Source: Raillietiella orientalis
Taxonomy: Eukaryota
Reading direction: 5' to 3'
Length of the DNA: 64,000 nucleotides
NCBI GenBank assembly: GCA_036172245.1
Contig: JAYWIR010000022.1
Coordinates: forward strand, 2,418,001-2,482,000
In this document: one piece after another, positions 49,801-62,899 of the stretch
Position numbering within the stretch: position 1 is the stretch's first letter
Layout: the number at the start of each line of letters is the position of its first letter
The notes under the pieces: generated by a model
The model's input: only the letters and a program-made list of their open reading frames with translations
The model's database searches: none
Told to the model about the DNA's origin: nothing
Translations under genes and position numbers: made by a program

Positions 49801-52800
49801 AAGTGTAGAACAAAAGCGTTCGCATCCGCCGCGTGCAAGCATGAGGGAACAGGAGTGCACCCGAATGGATCCCCCTTTGCTCAGGTGCTCCTTTAAGAGT
49901 GGCGTTTTTTCTTTCCGGCGTTACCTCACTGCCGAGCCCGAAATTCGCTGTCCAGGTGCATCGCAGGGTGATCTGCCCTGCTGCTACGACTGCAACGATT
50001 TTCTTCTTCGCAGTTTTGGCACCGTCAGGCTCTTCGCGCCTTCTTTCTTCCCGGAGGACTCTGCGCGCACCAAACGTCGCCGAAATGGATTCCCCTGTCA
50101 ACAACGGCGGCGACGACGCCCTCGGTGATGTGTCCTACACGAGGACACTTCCTGCACTTTTCTGCTGGTGATGGAACTTCCGGATGCTTCTCAGGGACTT
50201 GCCCACCCATCACGGGCGAAGAGTAGATCCACTCTCATTCTGAATTCAAAGTTCGCTCCTGTCCCATTTCCCTCCGAGTGGCTTCCTAAGCTATAGGTTT
50301 GCTTTCCCTGCTCTTGAAACGTTCTCTCGTGATCGAACTGTCCTCTAGAGAGTAGAGCACGTGCATACTCAGTTTGCAGCAACAGATTCCGACTGTTCAT
50401 CGTAGATATTTGGACGCGTCGACTTTTGACCGGTAATAGGACGGTTTCTGTCCTGAGTCGCGCGCTTACAGATGAATCACGACTTTAGGAGAGAAAAAAA
50501 AAAAAAAGGAAGAAAGGAAAACGCGTTTGGTTGTCTCCCTTCCGGATGCGAAACCACATCTGTTAACAGAATGTCACTGTGAGCGGTGCAAGAACTGAGC
50601 TTGGACCACCATATTTGGGCACGTTCCATTCATATATGGGCACTCGTGTGGAGTGAATTCTCAACCGAGCATCGGTTTTTCTTTAAGAACAATACAGATG
50701 TTCACCGATTCTGTAATAAGAAAGACGAGGGTAGGAAGAAAAAAAAAATCCTTCAACGTGCTTTATCTATCAGCAAAAGTTGTACAACTTTTGCTTATAG
50801 ATGAATTCCGTGAGAATTTTATGCAAGGGATTGTATGCGTAAGGAGGAATGAATTCAAGATTGGCAATCTGGATGAATGAGGTGCTCGTTCAAGTACCTC
50901 GGGTGCAAAATTCAAGCCATCCTATTCCTTCACGAAAAGGATAATGGAAAGTAAAAACAAGCGGACAGGATAATTCCCGGTGGGAACACACGCGAAAACA
51001 AATTTAGAAAAATTCCATTTCACACGGAACTGCATCCCAGGCATGCAGATCTAACAAATATTTTTCGCAAGACAAATCGCTAACTAGTAGCTTGTCTACA
51101 TGCCATTCTACTTCCTTGAAAGTAGACCCCAAATGGATCAAGAGTTCATTTACCTGAGCTCCATAATTCGACAGTATTATAATAATAGCGATTTCTAAAA
51201 TAGCGATGACTGTCATCAAGGCAGCAAACTGAAATGAATTGCATACAATTTAAAAGGAAACACGGAAGAAAAGAAATGGGAGGGAGGGATTCCCCCCCCC
51301 CTTTTTTTTTACTGAAAAAAGAAAAAGAAAAAAAGCTCCATACCACAGATAGTAATAGTTTGCTTTCCCAGTAGGTTCCACAGCATGCCAGAAGCCCCAG
51401 AACTAACAGTATGGAACCTAGTGCTATTAATGCATTGGCAGAATGGTCCCACGGTGCGGCTGTGACCAGAAACTGAAACCACATAAACTTCTGCATAACT
51501 TCTCAATAAATAAATGTATGAGTAGAAAGAATACAAATAATGCGATTGATCCCTATTTTGGAGGCTTTTTAAAGAAAAAAAATACTTTGTAAAAAAAAAA
51601 ATCCACGAGTGCTCTCCAATGTTCTCAGTGGCAGTTCGCGGTTCCGTACGTAACCGCAACCTGCGGTCACATGTGACTCTGGCTTTTTTCAAAATGTCTC
51701 GATGAACAGGCCCGATTTTTGAGCGATTGATTTCGATTACGCCGAAAGACATCTTTCTGTGTGCTTGGGTGCTCTGTATCCCTTGCTGCAATCTGGAAAG
51801 ACGGTCCAGATCGCAGTTCCCTTGTGTTTCGGAGAATAGTCGGTTCGATGGAGTTCTGTGCTTTGTTATCGAACTACAGCATCCCATTCATTGCATTTTC
51901 ATTACAATCATCACGCTACAAGGCAATCTCTTATAGGAGACGTTTTTTCGAATCAGTCCAAAATTGTCTAGATCTTTATAGTGGAGAATTCATCAAGCAT
52001 TGAGGAAAGTCGAAGATGACGTGTATATTTGCAATCGAGAGCTTTTAACCAAATATGGAGCGAAAGTCATTGCGTGTTGACTGTATCACGTGAAGAGTTT
52101 GCTCATGCCAATCATCCGTGTTTTCCGAACAAGCTTAGATCGTCCAGGTCATCAATAGGAAACGCTGAAAGAATGTTTACGTTTCCTGCACGTTTCTGAG
52201 TCTGACTGCATGCACGAAACACACTTGTATAATATACATACATACATATATGTCATCTATTATTCAAGGCTCATTTGAGATTTTTCGAGCACTAACTAAG
52301 TGTCCACCCGAAAATATTGAGTGAATAACCACTGAAAGAGCGCGACTCGATCACTCAAGATACTGCTTGAGGAAAGGTTCACGTTGCCCTAATTTGAAGC
52401 CTCTGTCCAATTGGACCTTTTTCGCGTTCTCCTCAAGGATCTGGATTCTATTCCTGATGCCGTCCTTATCGACATGATTTCCAATCATCTCTAAATAACT
52501 AACTAAAAAGTTAGTTGTTCATGGATAAGAGATATTAACTAAAAGTTAAAATGTCTCACGGAAAGACCGTTGCTACGTGTACACCAAAAACCAAATTACA
52601 CAGAAGACGTTATCGATGAATCAGGTGATCTGCTATCGAAAATTTCCCCCATGAACCAGTTACGTAACTATAGCTACGCACTGGATGATTCACATTATTA
52701 GTTCACAGATAACGGAACTGGCACTTGGACTGAAAGATGTGCAGAGCAAGCCCAAAGAACCCTTGGCACTGACCGTCATCGAACACGGAATCACTAATCG

Positions 52801-54852
52801 ACAAGCATGGAACCAATGTGCTCGATTTTCGTGCCTGTCCTGCAAGTGGTGGCAAGGAATGGCACGTGGATAAACTTGGTGGTTCGGGAGTCTTATTTGG
52901 GAATTCGCTCCTCTCTTACCTCCAGGCCAGAGACCAGCTGTCGCATAATGTCCACGCTTTGGCTGTACCCATTCTTCATCATAATTCCCAAAGCCAAACA
53001 CCATCCACCTCCAGCCTGAAACAATCGCAAATTATATCAGTGGCCAAACTGGGAGGAGAGGTGTAGCAGAAGCGATCACAGATTCTGCAATTCTACTCGT
53101 CTGTGCAAGGAGAAGGTTTTTAGATTCCTCTTTATTCAGGCTGCTTTGAAACACTGAAACATTCGGTGGGTTGCAAGGTCGGCATACTATCAGCATTAGT
53201 GACTAGAAGTGTTTTCACACTTGAAAAAAGAATCATGAAAGTAGTTAACGTGATTCGATGTTTATTCATACAATTTTATGATGAAAAGCAGACGATATTC
53301 GTTTCGGTAAGGATAAAATACGATTATTAATGAATATCGTTAGTCATGCAAAACTGGAAAAACATCCATTTTGTTCTTTGCGCTCCTTTGGCAGATATGG
53401 TTGTGCCACCTTTGCCGACATTATGTTCATCCACCGCTCATCCGTGGATAGCCAACGAAGAGCTAATGTTTCCGGCGAAAAGGCCGTCCCTAAGTTTTCT
53501 GAATCAGGTTCTGGCTGGGGTGTCGTTCTGTGTACGTTTGGCTCGAGTACCGTTTCGAGGAACACCCAGCACTGCACTGGTGAAGGTGAAGGTGAGGGGA
53601 GAGAGGAGGTGGCAGCAAAGCGTGGCAGCAAGTAAGCAGTGGAAAAGACGTACCGATGGTACCGTGGACATCTGAGGAAGCAGAAGCAGAACGAGAGTCC
53701 AGTGCTTGCCAGTACCCCATCCCGATTCGTTTTCGGGAAACAAATAAAGTGGGGCGAGAGGGGAAGCAAGTGGTTTCTATCCTTCCGCTGAAGGCCTTCC
53801 ATTGAGGATGAACACACGAATGCGGGCACAATTCCTCATCTACAAATCTCGATCCGCCCGTTCATTTGCATTTGACGGGAGAGTTTCGCAAATGCAATAC
53901 GTGAAATAAAAAACAGCAGACTAAATAAGGCAAGCAGCTTCGTGAAAGTGTAAATCTCCACTATTTGCGCGAAGATATCCCTAAAGGAAACCGTCTCGAA
54001 AACTTCAAGATAAAAGGAGGAGGAGTTTCAAATGGGCAAGATTTTTTCTAAAGGTCAGGATATACAAAGCGACCAGTTTTAAAACCAAATAGGGCATAAA
54101 ACCTCAGCTGCCCGCATGCATTTCTGAAAACGCGTAATGAAAAACAACAACAACAACAACAACATGGCGGCTCGAGGCAGAGTCGATTCAGTTTAAAGAG
54201 TGAATTTTTGTTTATGGTTTTATTTCGGGACATGTGCAGTACCCTAAAAAAAAAAAAAAGAAAGAAAGTAAGAAAAAAAGAGCCTCCCGATTGGGAGGAA
54301 TTTGTTTTCTTAGGAAAGCAATAAAGAAGAATGTTTATGGAGAACGGGAACTTCATGCACCATGCATCCCCCAGAGGACCTGACAAATAAGCCCAATTCT
54401 CTTTCAAAGTGCACGAATGAGCGAATTTCGCATTCAGAAGCATTTCTTCCCGGGGATGATTCCTTGTGCTTTGCACGTTCCGGTCTCGCACCCGCATGCT
54501 TCCCTCCCGGGCTCCCATGCAAGATGCAACCGTGTTCCCTCCAGCGCCCCAGGAAGAGATGCGCAAGCAGCAGCAGCAGCAGACTCCGTTTCGACGGTGC
54601 ACACACCTTTAAAGGATTGGTGTTTCGTTCCGTGTTTCAGTCCCTCTTTGTTCAACCTGCTCAGCGAAAAATCGGAAGATTTCGCACGTGATTTTTCCAC
54701 CCGGTCCACGGGTATGGGTTCAACACGCGGGTGCTCCCGAGGCACGGAAAAGGGCGCCCATCAGAACTCGAAAAGAGGTTACTTACGGCAACCGCAAATC
54801 CAATAAGGCACACAAAGTACTTGATGATCGTGTCGACTATAGGGGTGGACAT
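46853..54852 (-). CDS. Tetraspanin (TSP-B), 7 coding exons, 260 aa
   Basis: Exons 54852-54787, 53015-52920, 51472-51344, 51228-51154, 47473-47369, 47313-47134, 46984-46853, all GT-AG and phase 0. GLLACCG..ESK after TM2; loop with CCG, IPPACC, C and GCY; four TM segments. Confidence 0.95.
48000..49800 (-). mobile_element. Decayed Mag/Gypsy gag-pro-RT remnant in TSP-B intron 4
   Basis: KCF..NCF knuckle remnant (~49050), LHIMLRNCEPTLLGRD (~48700; cf. GPSLLGRDW) and RIPGVGTTVDGI (~48300; cf. RT GIPGV.VYLDDI), in the correct order. Boundaries approximate. Confidence 0.6.
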
Positions 54853-55460
54853 TTTGTTCTCGTCCGGACCGGGGCGTATGCTTTCACGCTCGTGCAAACG
54901 TCATATAATGCTCGACGAAATAATCAGAAGGCGCTTTTCATTCCATGCTACAATTCGAAGGAAAAAAAAAAAAAAAAAAAACTCGCTCAGCACTTTCAAG
55001 CACTTTCTACCTGGACACGGCGGACACACTTTTCCGAAGGGACTGCTCGCAAAAGTTACAGGGATGCCTCTTGCATCTGCAGCGGGATTCCTGCGATTCG
55101 AATTCACTCCTGGAAACGACGAAGCGAGAGCTCCGGGATCAGTCGCACCCTCCGCGCAATTAGCAACAATGCAAACCGGAAGGGGCGTTCCATTGCCAGA
55201 GCAAAGATCGCGGATTTCTCATTTTCTGTGAAATTGCGACGTGTTCCTTTGATGATAATCGCTCATCGCTCCGATTTACTGATTTCGGGAGATTAAAGTC
55301 AAGGGAGAAAACAAGCAGCACGCAGAGGGGTCTTTCCTCCTCTTGGCGTACGCGAGCGTTGCCGTGAAAACCCTTTGGTCATGCATTCCACCTGAGGAAA
55401 CGAGCGCGAACGTTCCCAGCGAGAAGAAAGCACGAATACCTCGCAGCATCATTTTCCTTC

Positions 55461-55463
<3 letters not shown>

Positions 55464-55496
<33 letters not shown>
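55464..55496 (+). repeat. (CT)n microsatellite
   Basis: Directly visible. Confidence 0.9.
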
Positions 55497-55500
<4 letters not shown>

Positions 55501-56187
55501 CCCCACTGAACTGCTACAGGAAGAGTGCTTTGCATCTTTGCAGTGCTCCACAATGCTTTTCGGAATTCTCCTTTTAAACGTACCCACCAGTACAAATTTA
55601 GCATTGCTTTTCTCAAGCTGGATTACTCATCTCGAATGAGTAACACAGAACACGGGACCCCCAGAATCGATGTATATGCAAGCTTCTGCAGCAGACCTCA
55701 GAGCACGACGACTATGCTAACTGTTGAAAAACTTTAGACCTTCTCTTCGTGCATTCCTGCTTTTTTCGTGATCCCCCAAATGCACCTCCTCGCTGATAGA
55801 ACCTTGAAATCCACGTTTCAGCCACCAGATTTGCGACGTCTCTCAGATTAGCGAAATGCATCCCGAAATCCATCAGTTACTTGGCATCTATTAGGGAAAA
55901 TTCTTTGGGAAAAGGTGCAACCATCAGTTCGCTGTTTTGTTTTGTTTGGGTGGATGGATCTCCAACAGCCGCACAATCTTCGTTTTAAAACTTTTCTATG
56001 GTTCCACCTACCCTTCATGAGGTGGATGAATTTTCATCTAAGATGACCCGGCTCACGCGTTTCAGCTTGCTGCGTTTCGGAGTATGCAGCGGCAAGTGGT
56101 GCTTCAAGATCAGGTGATTTGGTCTTCCTTCAGCCGACATCCGGGATGTGGAAACAAACCCCAGGGACCCAGTCCCTAGGCGACTGC

Positions 56188-57554
56188 CGCGGTTGTCGGG
56201 AACGATATGAGGTCCGTCAGCTACCGCTTCGCGCAGAAGGATTCCGATCGCGTGCTCTTGCGGAGGTAGCACGGGATGGAGCAAGAAGAATCTGGTTCCG
56301 GTTTCGGACCGGGCCGCAAGCAGCAGCGCGCAGTCGCTGGAAAAAGGTCACCACCGGTTAGCCAGGCAGCTCGCAGGACGTGGCATTTCTCTTGCTGGAA
56401 AGGGGTAGCGAGAACAAACGCGGAAGCGTCCTCAGCGTCGGACGAGCCCGCTTCAGTGTGGCAGGGGAGGCAGGCACCGCGATCACCTTCCGTTCCCGGG
56501 AGGCGGATGGGAAGCGGAAGGATGTCTCACGCCTCTGAGCAGTGCGCATCAGTAGTGCCCTGCGTCCTCCGGAGGGAAAGCAGGAGGATCTTCCCTCAGC
56601 AAGGACGGAAAGGAAAAACTCTTCAGGGGAAGCTCGTGACCTGCAAAATGCCAACAGCGCGGGCTGGAAGCAGCCCACGAGGCCTGTGCTCTCCACCCGG
56701 CCAGGAAGTGAAGAACCGGCCAAGAAAATCCGTTCGACTCTATAATGGCGGGTTCTTTGCTCGGCAAGGAAGGGGAAGAGGGGGAGGTCGATCGCACGTG
56801 GAGTGAGGCCGGAGTGAGGTGTTCGTTTCGCACTCCACGTGCAGCGCAGTGCTTCGCGAGCTGCACGGGGTCACGATCGCCGACTAGACGTTTACCTCAC
56901 GTTTGCACACTTTATTGCTGCTCTTTCTGGATGATGGGGACTCCTCCAATGGCGCGTTTGCGTGCTCCGAGAAAGCGACGCAATTTGCAAAAAAATCGAA
57001 AGGGAAAGAAGGAAAGAGAAAAGGAAAAGAAAATATTCTCTCCTGCCGGCAGCTTCCGGGAGGATCATGTAAAATTCAGAGAAGTGTTGCTTCTATCTCT
57101 TCTTTCCCACTAGTTCCCCGTTTGCCACCGTGACATGGTACAGAGTCTCCTCCTGAGGACCCAGGACGCGACTGCTTTCCTCTCCGAAACGGATGCGCAC
57201 TGCTCAGAGGCGTGAGACATCCTTCCGCTTCCCATCCGCCTCCCGGGAACGGAAGGTGATCGCGGTGCCTGCCTCCCCTGACACACTGAAGCGGGCTCGT
57301 CCGACGCTGAGGACGCTTCCGCGTTTGTTCTCGCTACCCCTTTCCAGCAAGAGAAATGCCACGTCCTGCGAGCTGCCTGGCTAACCGGTGGTGACCTTTT
57401 TCCAGCGACTGCGCGCTGCTGCTTGCGGCCCGGTCCGAAACCGGAACCAGATTCTTCTTGCTCCATCCCGTGCTACCTCCGCAAGAGCACGCGATCGGAA
57501 TCCTTCTGCGCGAAGCGGTAGCTGACGGACCTCATATCGTTCCCGACAACCGCG
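56188..57554. repeat. Long inverted repeat: 363-bp arms (56188-56550, 57192-57554), 641-bp spacer
   Basis: Arms are reverse complements with one mismatch noticed (56461), mirrored by twin ORFs 56276+ and 57466- (SVWQG vs SVCQG). Confidence 0.97.
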
Positions 57555-57934
57555 TAGAGACGTCCTCCCCTCGCGTAGAGCTACTCGAGAGGAGGACGGC
57601 ACGATAGGGACGCCATCTGCTTCGCCCTGCGCTTCCTGCTGACGGTCCCGCCTGGGACATACACAGATGTAACTCACCAGCATCCTGAAAAGGATGCAGA
57701 GGACTCCCTCCAGCGGACAGTGATCCTTCCCGTGGCCCTCAGAGTTTTTTTTATTATTTATTTTTATTTCTGTTTGCCCCTTCCCCCTCCGCTGCCGAGG
57801 CGAACCTCGCCGGCATGCGTGCAGGTTACTCGGCAGGTTCCAAACATTTTCAGACGATGTAGGGGCGATGGCCCTACACTTTCTTTGTTTATTATTTTGT
57901 ATAATAAGCGCCCCTGCGCGATCGGGTGATAAAC
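57554..57934 (+). mobile_element. Repeat family R, 5'-truncated copy flanked by direct repeat CAACCGC
   Basis: Homologous to 42265-42640. CAACCGC at 57547-57553 and 57935-57941; the opposite inverted-repeat arm shows the empty site. Confidence 0.75.
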
Positions 57935-58099
57935 CAACCGCTTAGTCGCCTAGGGACTCGGTCGTTGGAGTTTGATTCGACATCCCGAATATCGAAACCC
58001 CAAAAGATCATAAAAAATAAATACGCGCATGTTTACTATGTTTACTGACGTATGAATATATACATACTCGTATATACTATGCATGAAATATGAGTAATG

Positions 58100-59900
58100 A
58101 TGAAAGTCTGATGGTTATTCTGCGTTAAATTGATCCACTTAGCCACACAGCGACTTCCAGTTCTCTTTGGACCATTCAAGAGCAAGAGAGTCTCAATCAT
58201 TCGGAACTTCTCTCCAAGTTTACTCCTCATGTGGCATCTTTGTGGAAAGCACAACAGACTGGTATTGGAAGCAATTGGTCCTCTTCCTCACCAGGAATCG
58301 TTTCGAGGTACAAATCATCCCTTCACTTTGTTCCTACTCCTCCTGCATCTCTAGTCAGCAGTAATGGCTTAAGCATTTGAGGTCATCCAGCCTGGAAACC
58401 GCTCAAAGAATCCTTTGGAGACACCACTAGCAAGTGTCCATGACGGTTACCTCGGAGAATGAGAGCAAGGAAGGGAATCTTCTGATGCCTTCTGGAACTC
58501 ATTTCAGGCAAGAGAGCCAGGAAACATTCTCGTCCGATCCCGTTGCCCATGTCCTTGAGGTGATTCGTGGAGATCAAGGTCTACCCTCGCATATCCATAA
58601 TGACAGTGGGGATTTGAGTCTGCTGCGAAGACCGCAGATCTCCCCAGGAATGTCCACCTTTCGTGGAGAAGAAATCCACTGGGTCCTGCGGCTGTCAGCT
58701 CAACCTGGGAACGACCTGACCTTCGCGGAACTTCTGGTAAGTGCGCTTCCCCTCGCACCACCGAGTGCTCGCGCCCGCCTTCCGAGGTTCACGGGAGTGC
58801 ATCTGCATCAACCGAAACGGAAGGAAAGAGAAGAGGAAGCAAACAGACAAAAAGGCCGGAGAGGCTGTCCTGGCACGACATCGCTGCACTTCTTTCCAGG
58901 GATGAAGAAGAGGACGTGCAAGCGGCTCCTCCGGGTGGCCAGCGCGGGAAGGAGGAGCACCGAAACTCTGGACGGAAAGTTTCCCTAAGATGTTTACTTC
59001 CTCCGAGGCCAATCGCCGCTCCGGCCGCGTGGAACCGTTTGTTCCCGGGGAAGGGATACAACGGGAACGGGCGAACTGTTTAGGACTCTCTCTCACACAG
59101 GTCACGTGCACGTGCAAGGGAGGGAAAACGCCGGCGCGGAGGCCAAAGTTGCGATCGGACACCCTGAGGCGGTTGACGAAGAAACAATTAAGAAAAAAAA
59201 AAAAAAAATTTGAAAAGAGAACAACAGAAGGAGAAGGAAGGGAATCACTGGGCTGGTGACGACCTGCGCCGCCGCCACCTGCAGGCAAAGTTTGCAGCTT
59301 CTTCCACGCGAAGGTCAGTCTGCGGCCTCCTCCTCGTCACTGCCCGCGAGAAAGGCCTGAACGGAAAGGCTGGGTTGGTCCGCAACGCCTCCGCGGGTTT
59401 CCCCATCTTAAGAGGGACCCGACGCCAAGGGGCTGCGGGCGTAGGGAGGAGTGGCCGAGCGGGGGAGGGGGGACAATCGGTTGCGCAGCGCAAAGCGAGA
59501 GGCGTTTCCAGCCGGGACCGAAGCGGATACCGGAGGCGGGAAAGGGCTCCGCCTCTCCGGCTGGACCTCGCCCAGTTCGGGCCGCTCATCCGCATGGCAT
59601 CCGTGCATCTGCGATGGCTGCTCAGAATGTCACCTCCGGCGTGGCACTACCTCCTGTCTCCATTTCAGCAGGGAGGCGTCCGAGACCGAGTGGAGGGACG
59701 CCTGTGGGCCAGTTCCGGGAATTCCGTCCGTCGGGGAGGCCATGAAAATCGAAGGTCGCTGCGTTTTCTAGGAGTCCCCCCTTCCCAGCGATGGAGCAGG
59801 TGGACCCCGGTCCCTCCGGTGGGCAGCTGTCATACCTCGGCTGTCTTGGGGATAGCATCGCTGCTGCTAGCGGTGTGGCGGCTAGAGGCGCGAGCAGGTG
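58100..59900 (-). mobile_element. Decayed Mag/Gypsy gag-pro-RT remnant
   Basis: In order on the minus strand: DLRVEEAANFA (gag-like), KRTYQ..TVIMDMRG*TLISTNHLKDMG (post-protease), EEDQLLPIP and KLGEKFRMIE (cf. RT YPLP..GGK.FSKID). Stops and frameshifts throughout. Confidence 0.55.
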
Positions 59901-61724
59901 GGTGGTAAAGGGGGATGGCAGCATTCACAGAAGCAAACAGAAGCAAAAAAAGAAGCTAACTTCCGTATCGCTGGATGCCAGGCGACGGCAAGTGCCAAGA
60001 AGGGTCCATTTTCCTTGGAAATCCTGGAAGACCTCTTCAGTGTGGCCCTCTTCGGGCAGTGCAGGGAGCGAGGTGATTCCTGATTTATTCCCGTAACTCG
60101 AGCCTGCGGGTGCGGTGTCCGCCTGCAGGGGCAGGCATTAAAGCACGAGGAGTAGCAGGAATACCTCCACTCGTCCTTATGAAGAAGACCATCTGTCATA
60201 GTGGTGACCAGCAGATCCGAAGATCGGAGCCGCGCACCCGGCGAGAGAGGGGTGACGTCAATGGAGCGGCACGGATCGTGGGCCGAGAGCCTTCTGCATC
60301 CCTCGGTGCCAGAAAGCATGGGATGCCAGTTGCAGGAAATCTCACGTGAGGAAGACGTCTGAGACCACTTACCTTCTCTGGCTCCGAGAGAACCATGCGA
60401 GGAAGCGCTGCTGGCTAACTGCGGATCTATCGTCGGCCATCGATCGCCACGGCGCGTAGCTGGTTTGCCGGCCTCGCGGAAGGTTTGGTTGGCTGCCGCT
60501 TTTGGCGTGGTTCCCCGCGCATCCAAGAATCCCTCTGTGACCTCCCGGGGCACTCTTGAAAACGAGGGAGGTGGCGATCCCTGCCTCGACCGTGTGTTCG
60601 TCTCACCTCCCCCCCTCTCCCTCCAGGTTGCCCTAACCCCATTCCTACCCTGCTGGCCTGCTGCAAGCCCTTCAAGGTCTTCCGCTGGAGCGTTTGGTAC
60701 GTCTAGAGTTGGAAGGAACCGCACCCTCAAGTCTCGGCTGCCACCCTCTGAACCTCGCCGCATCCTCTTGACGAAACTTCCCCTTGCAGCATCCCCCCAG
60801 GCAGCGGGTTTCGTGCTCTGGTGACGGGAGCGTTGTCCTGGAGAAGGAGGTTTTGAGGACCTCCTTGGAGCAGGTCGTCATCGAGCGCCTCAAGAGGAAC
60901 CGCGAATGACGTCACATGATCGATTTTTTTTTAAACGTGCACACAACGCTAAGGATTGGATGGGGAAGGTCACATCACTCGCGTCACCGGAGAGTTCTTC
61001 GTCCCGACGCTACCCGTGGCTTGTAGCCAGGTGGTCACCCCGGATTGCCACCAGGTCTCCCTTCGAGGGGTGGCACGGCAGTCGCCTTTCCCGGAGGCGC
61101 CGGCACGAATCGGTCCTCCTTGCTCCCGAAAGCGCATCCTCCTCCGCACTCGAAGCGCACGACACTCGCAGCCTCTCTCCCGGAAGGGGCGCCTTTGCTG
61201 TAGCGGGGGCGCTGTCCTCGGCGCCGCCGCCTCCGACCGTCGTGGCGCTCAGGGTCTCCTGGCCGTCCCGGGACTTGGAAGTCGCCTTTTATCTCTGTAC
61301 ACTTCCTGTGGATGCCGCCACCCTCGCGCTCCTCCCCTCCCCGTCCGCGCGCCTCGACTCCCGGGAGCGTTGCCCTCCCTGAGTGCCACAGAGGCTGGCC
61401 AGAGTCCTCCCTCCCCACCGTAAAGGCCCTATCGTGATGGAGGGAAGGAGGAACGCGCACAGCCTCGCGAGCGCGCAGGCGCCCCTTTTCTCGACCCTCC
61501 CTTCCTCGGAGGTCTTGGCTTCGCTGGTTTCGGAGAGGGGCGCGCACTCTTCCGCGACGCCGCGAAACCCCTGCGTCTCGGTGACCCCCCGCTCTCCCAG
61601 AGACCGGGAGTCCTAGTTCTTCTGTGAGCAGCTGCTTCTTCCGGACGGCAACCCTCACCCGTCCGCCCGCCCGCCTATCCCTCGTTCTCGGGCCAGCTTT
61701 TTCGCGCGAGAGAGAGAAGGCGAA

Positions 61725-61727
<3 letters not shown>

Positions 61728-61762
<35 letters not shown>
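61728..61762 (+). repeat. (GA)n microsatellite
   Basis: Directly visible. Confidence 0.9.
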
Positions 61763-61766
<4 letters not shown>

Positions 61767-62899
61767 CTTGTAGGTGCTTCCTACCAAATAACTACGGCAA
61801 CACATCAGTACGACTCTTACTTCAAGGACAAGAGAAAGAGAGAGAGGAAAACAAGGGCAAAGGTTTCCATGGAATGCCGAGCAGATCTCCATGGCAACCC
61901 GTCCTCTAGACGTTCGGAAATCCTCCGGCTAAGTTTCCCTCTCCCTCCCCCCCTCTCTCTTTTTTTTTCTTTCAAGTCACGCTGGGAGGCGATAGGTCTG
62001 AGCGTAAAACGAAGGTCGTCGTGGGCCCGGACCAGAGATCCCCATCACAGGGAGTCCCACGGGAGACAAAAACCCTGCCGATAGACGCGGAATGCCGGGG
62101 GGGCGGGGGACGCCGGCGATGATGCGCGGACGGCAGTGGAGGAGGAGGAGCGCATCCAGCAGGGTACAGGAGAACCCGATGGTTCTCCGGGAGGGCACAT
62201 CTCCCTCCCCCCCGGGAGGGAACGCAGCGGCCTCCTACGGGACGGTGGCGACACCTGCGGAGCGCGTCCGCCGCTCGGAGTAGACGCTTCCGAGCTGCTA
62301 CGAGCGCGAAAAGCGAGGATTCTCCCGGCGAATTCCTCACGGAGATTTTCATCGGCTCACAGCGGCCCCTCCCCCTTTCCCTACCCGGCGCGACTTGGTC
62401 CACGTGGTGGGACTCGGATTCACGACCCTGGACTCTCCGATCTCGAAAGACCGAAATCCCGGGTTCCTGGAATCCCGAAGGTGTCATTCATCACTTGCTG
62501 CGTGCTGAAAACGATGCGGCCGCGTTCCACCCCCGGCACGACGAGTCAGGAGAGGCCACTCAAGGTGATCGGGGGTGGCGGGGAGGAAGGGGGGATGAAT
62601 ATCGAAAGGAAAAGGAAGAAACAGAAGATCAAAACAAAAAGGAATCTGAAAGTCCACCGGTCCTCATGGACCACCTCCGTGCAGCCGTCCACAATCATTC
62701 CCCGTTTTCCCTGTTTTCAAAGTGAACAGCCACAGTGGTACAAACCAAAAAAGGGGGCTCTTCACCACCATCCTCTCTTCCTTCTCGGTCACTGCGAAGC
62801 CGCGTCACGAGGGACGCCTCAGCGGGTCTCCCTCGTCTGGGCGAGTGCCCCGTGGGCTGCAATTTGGCGACTTCTTCCTCTCCGCCCAAGAGCTGCTCC

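Noticed and set aside
56276..57466. Twin ORFs MEQEESGSG... on opposite strands
   Set aside because: By-product of the inverted repeat; the frames diverge at the arm boundary.
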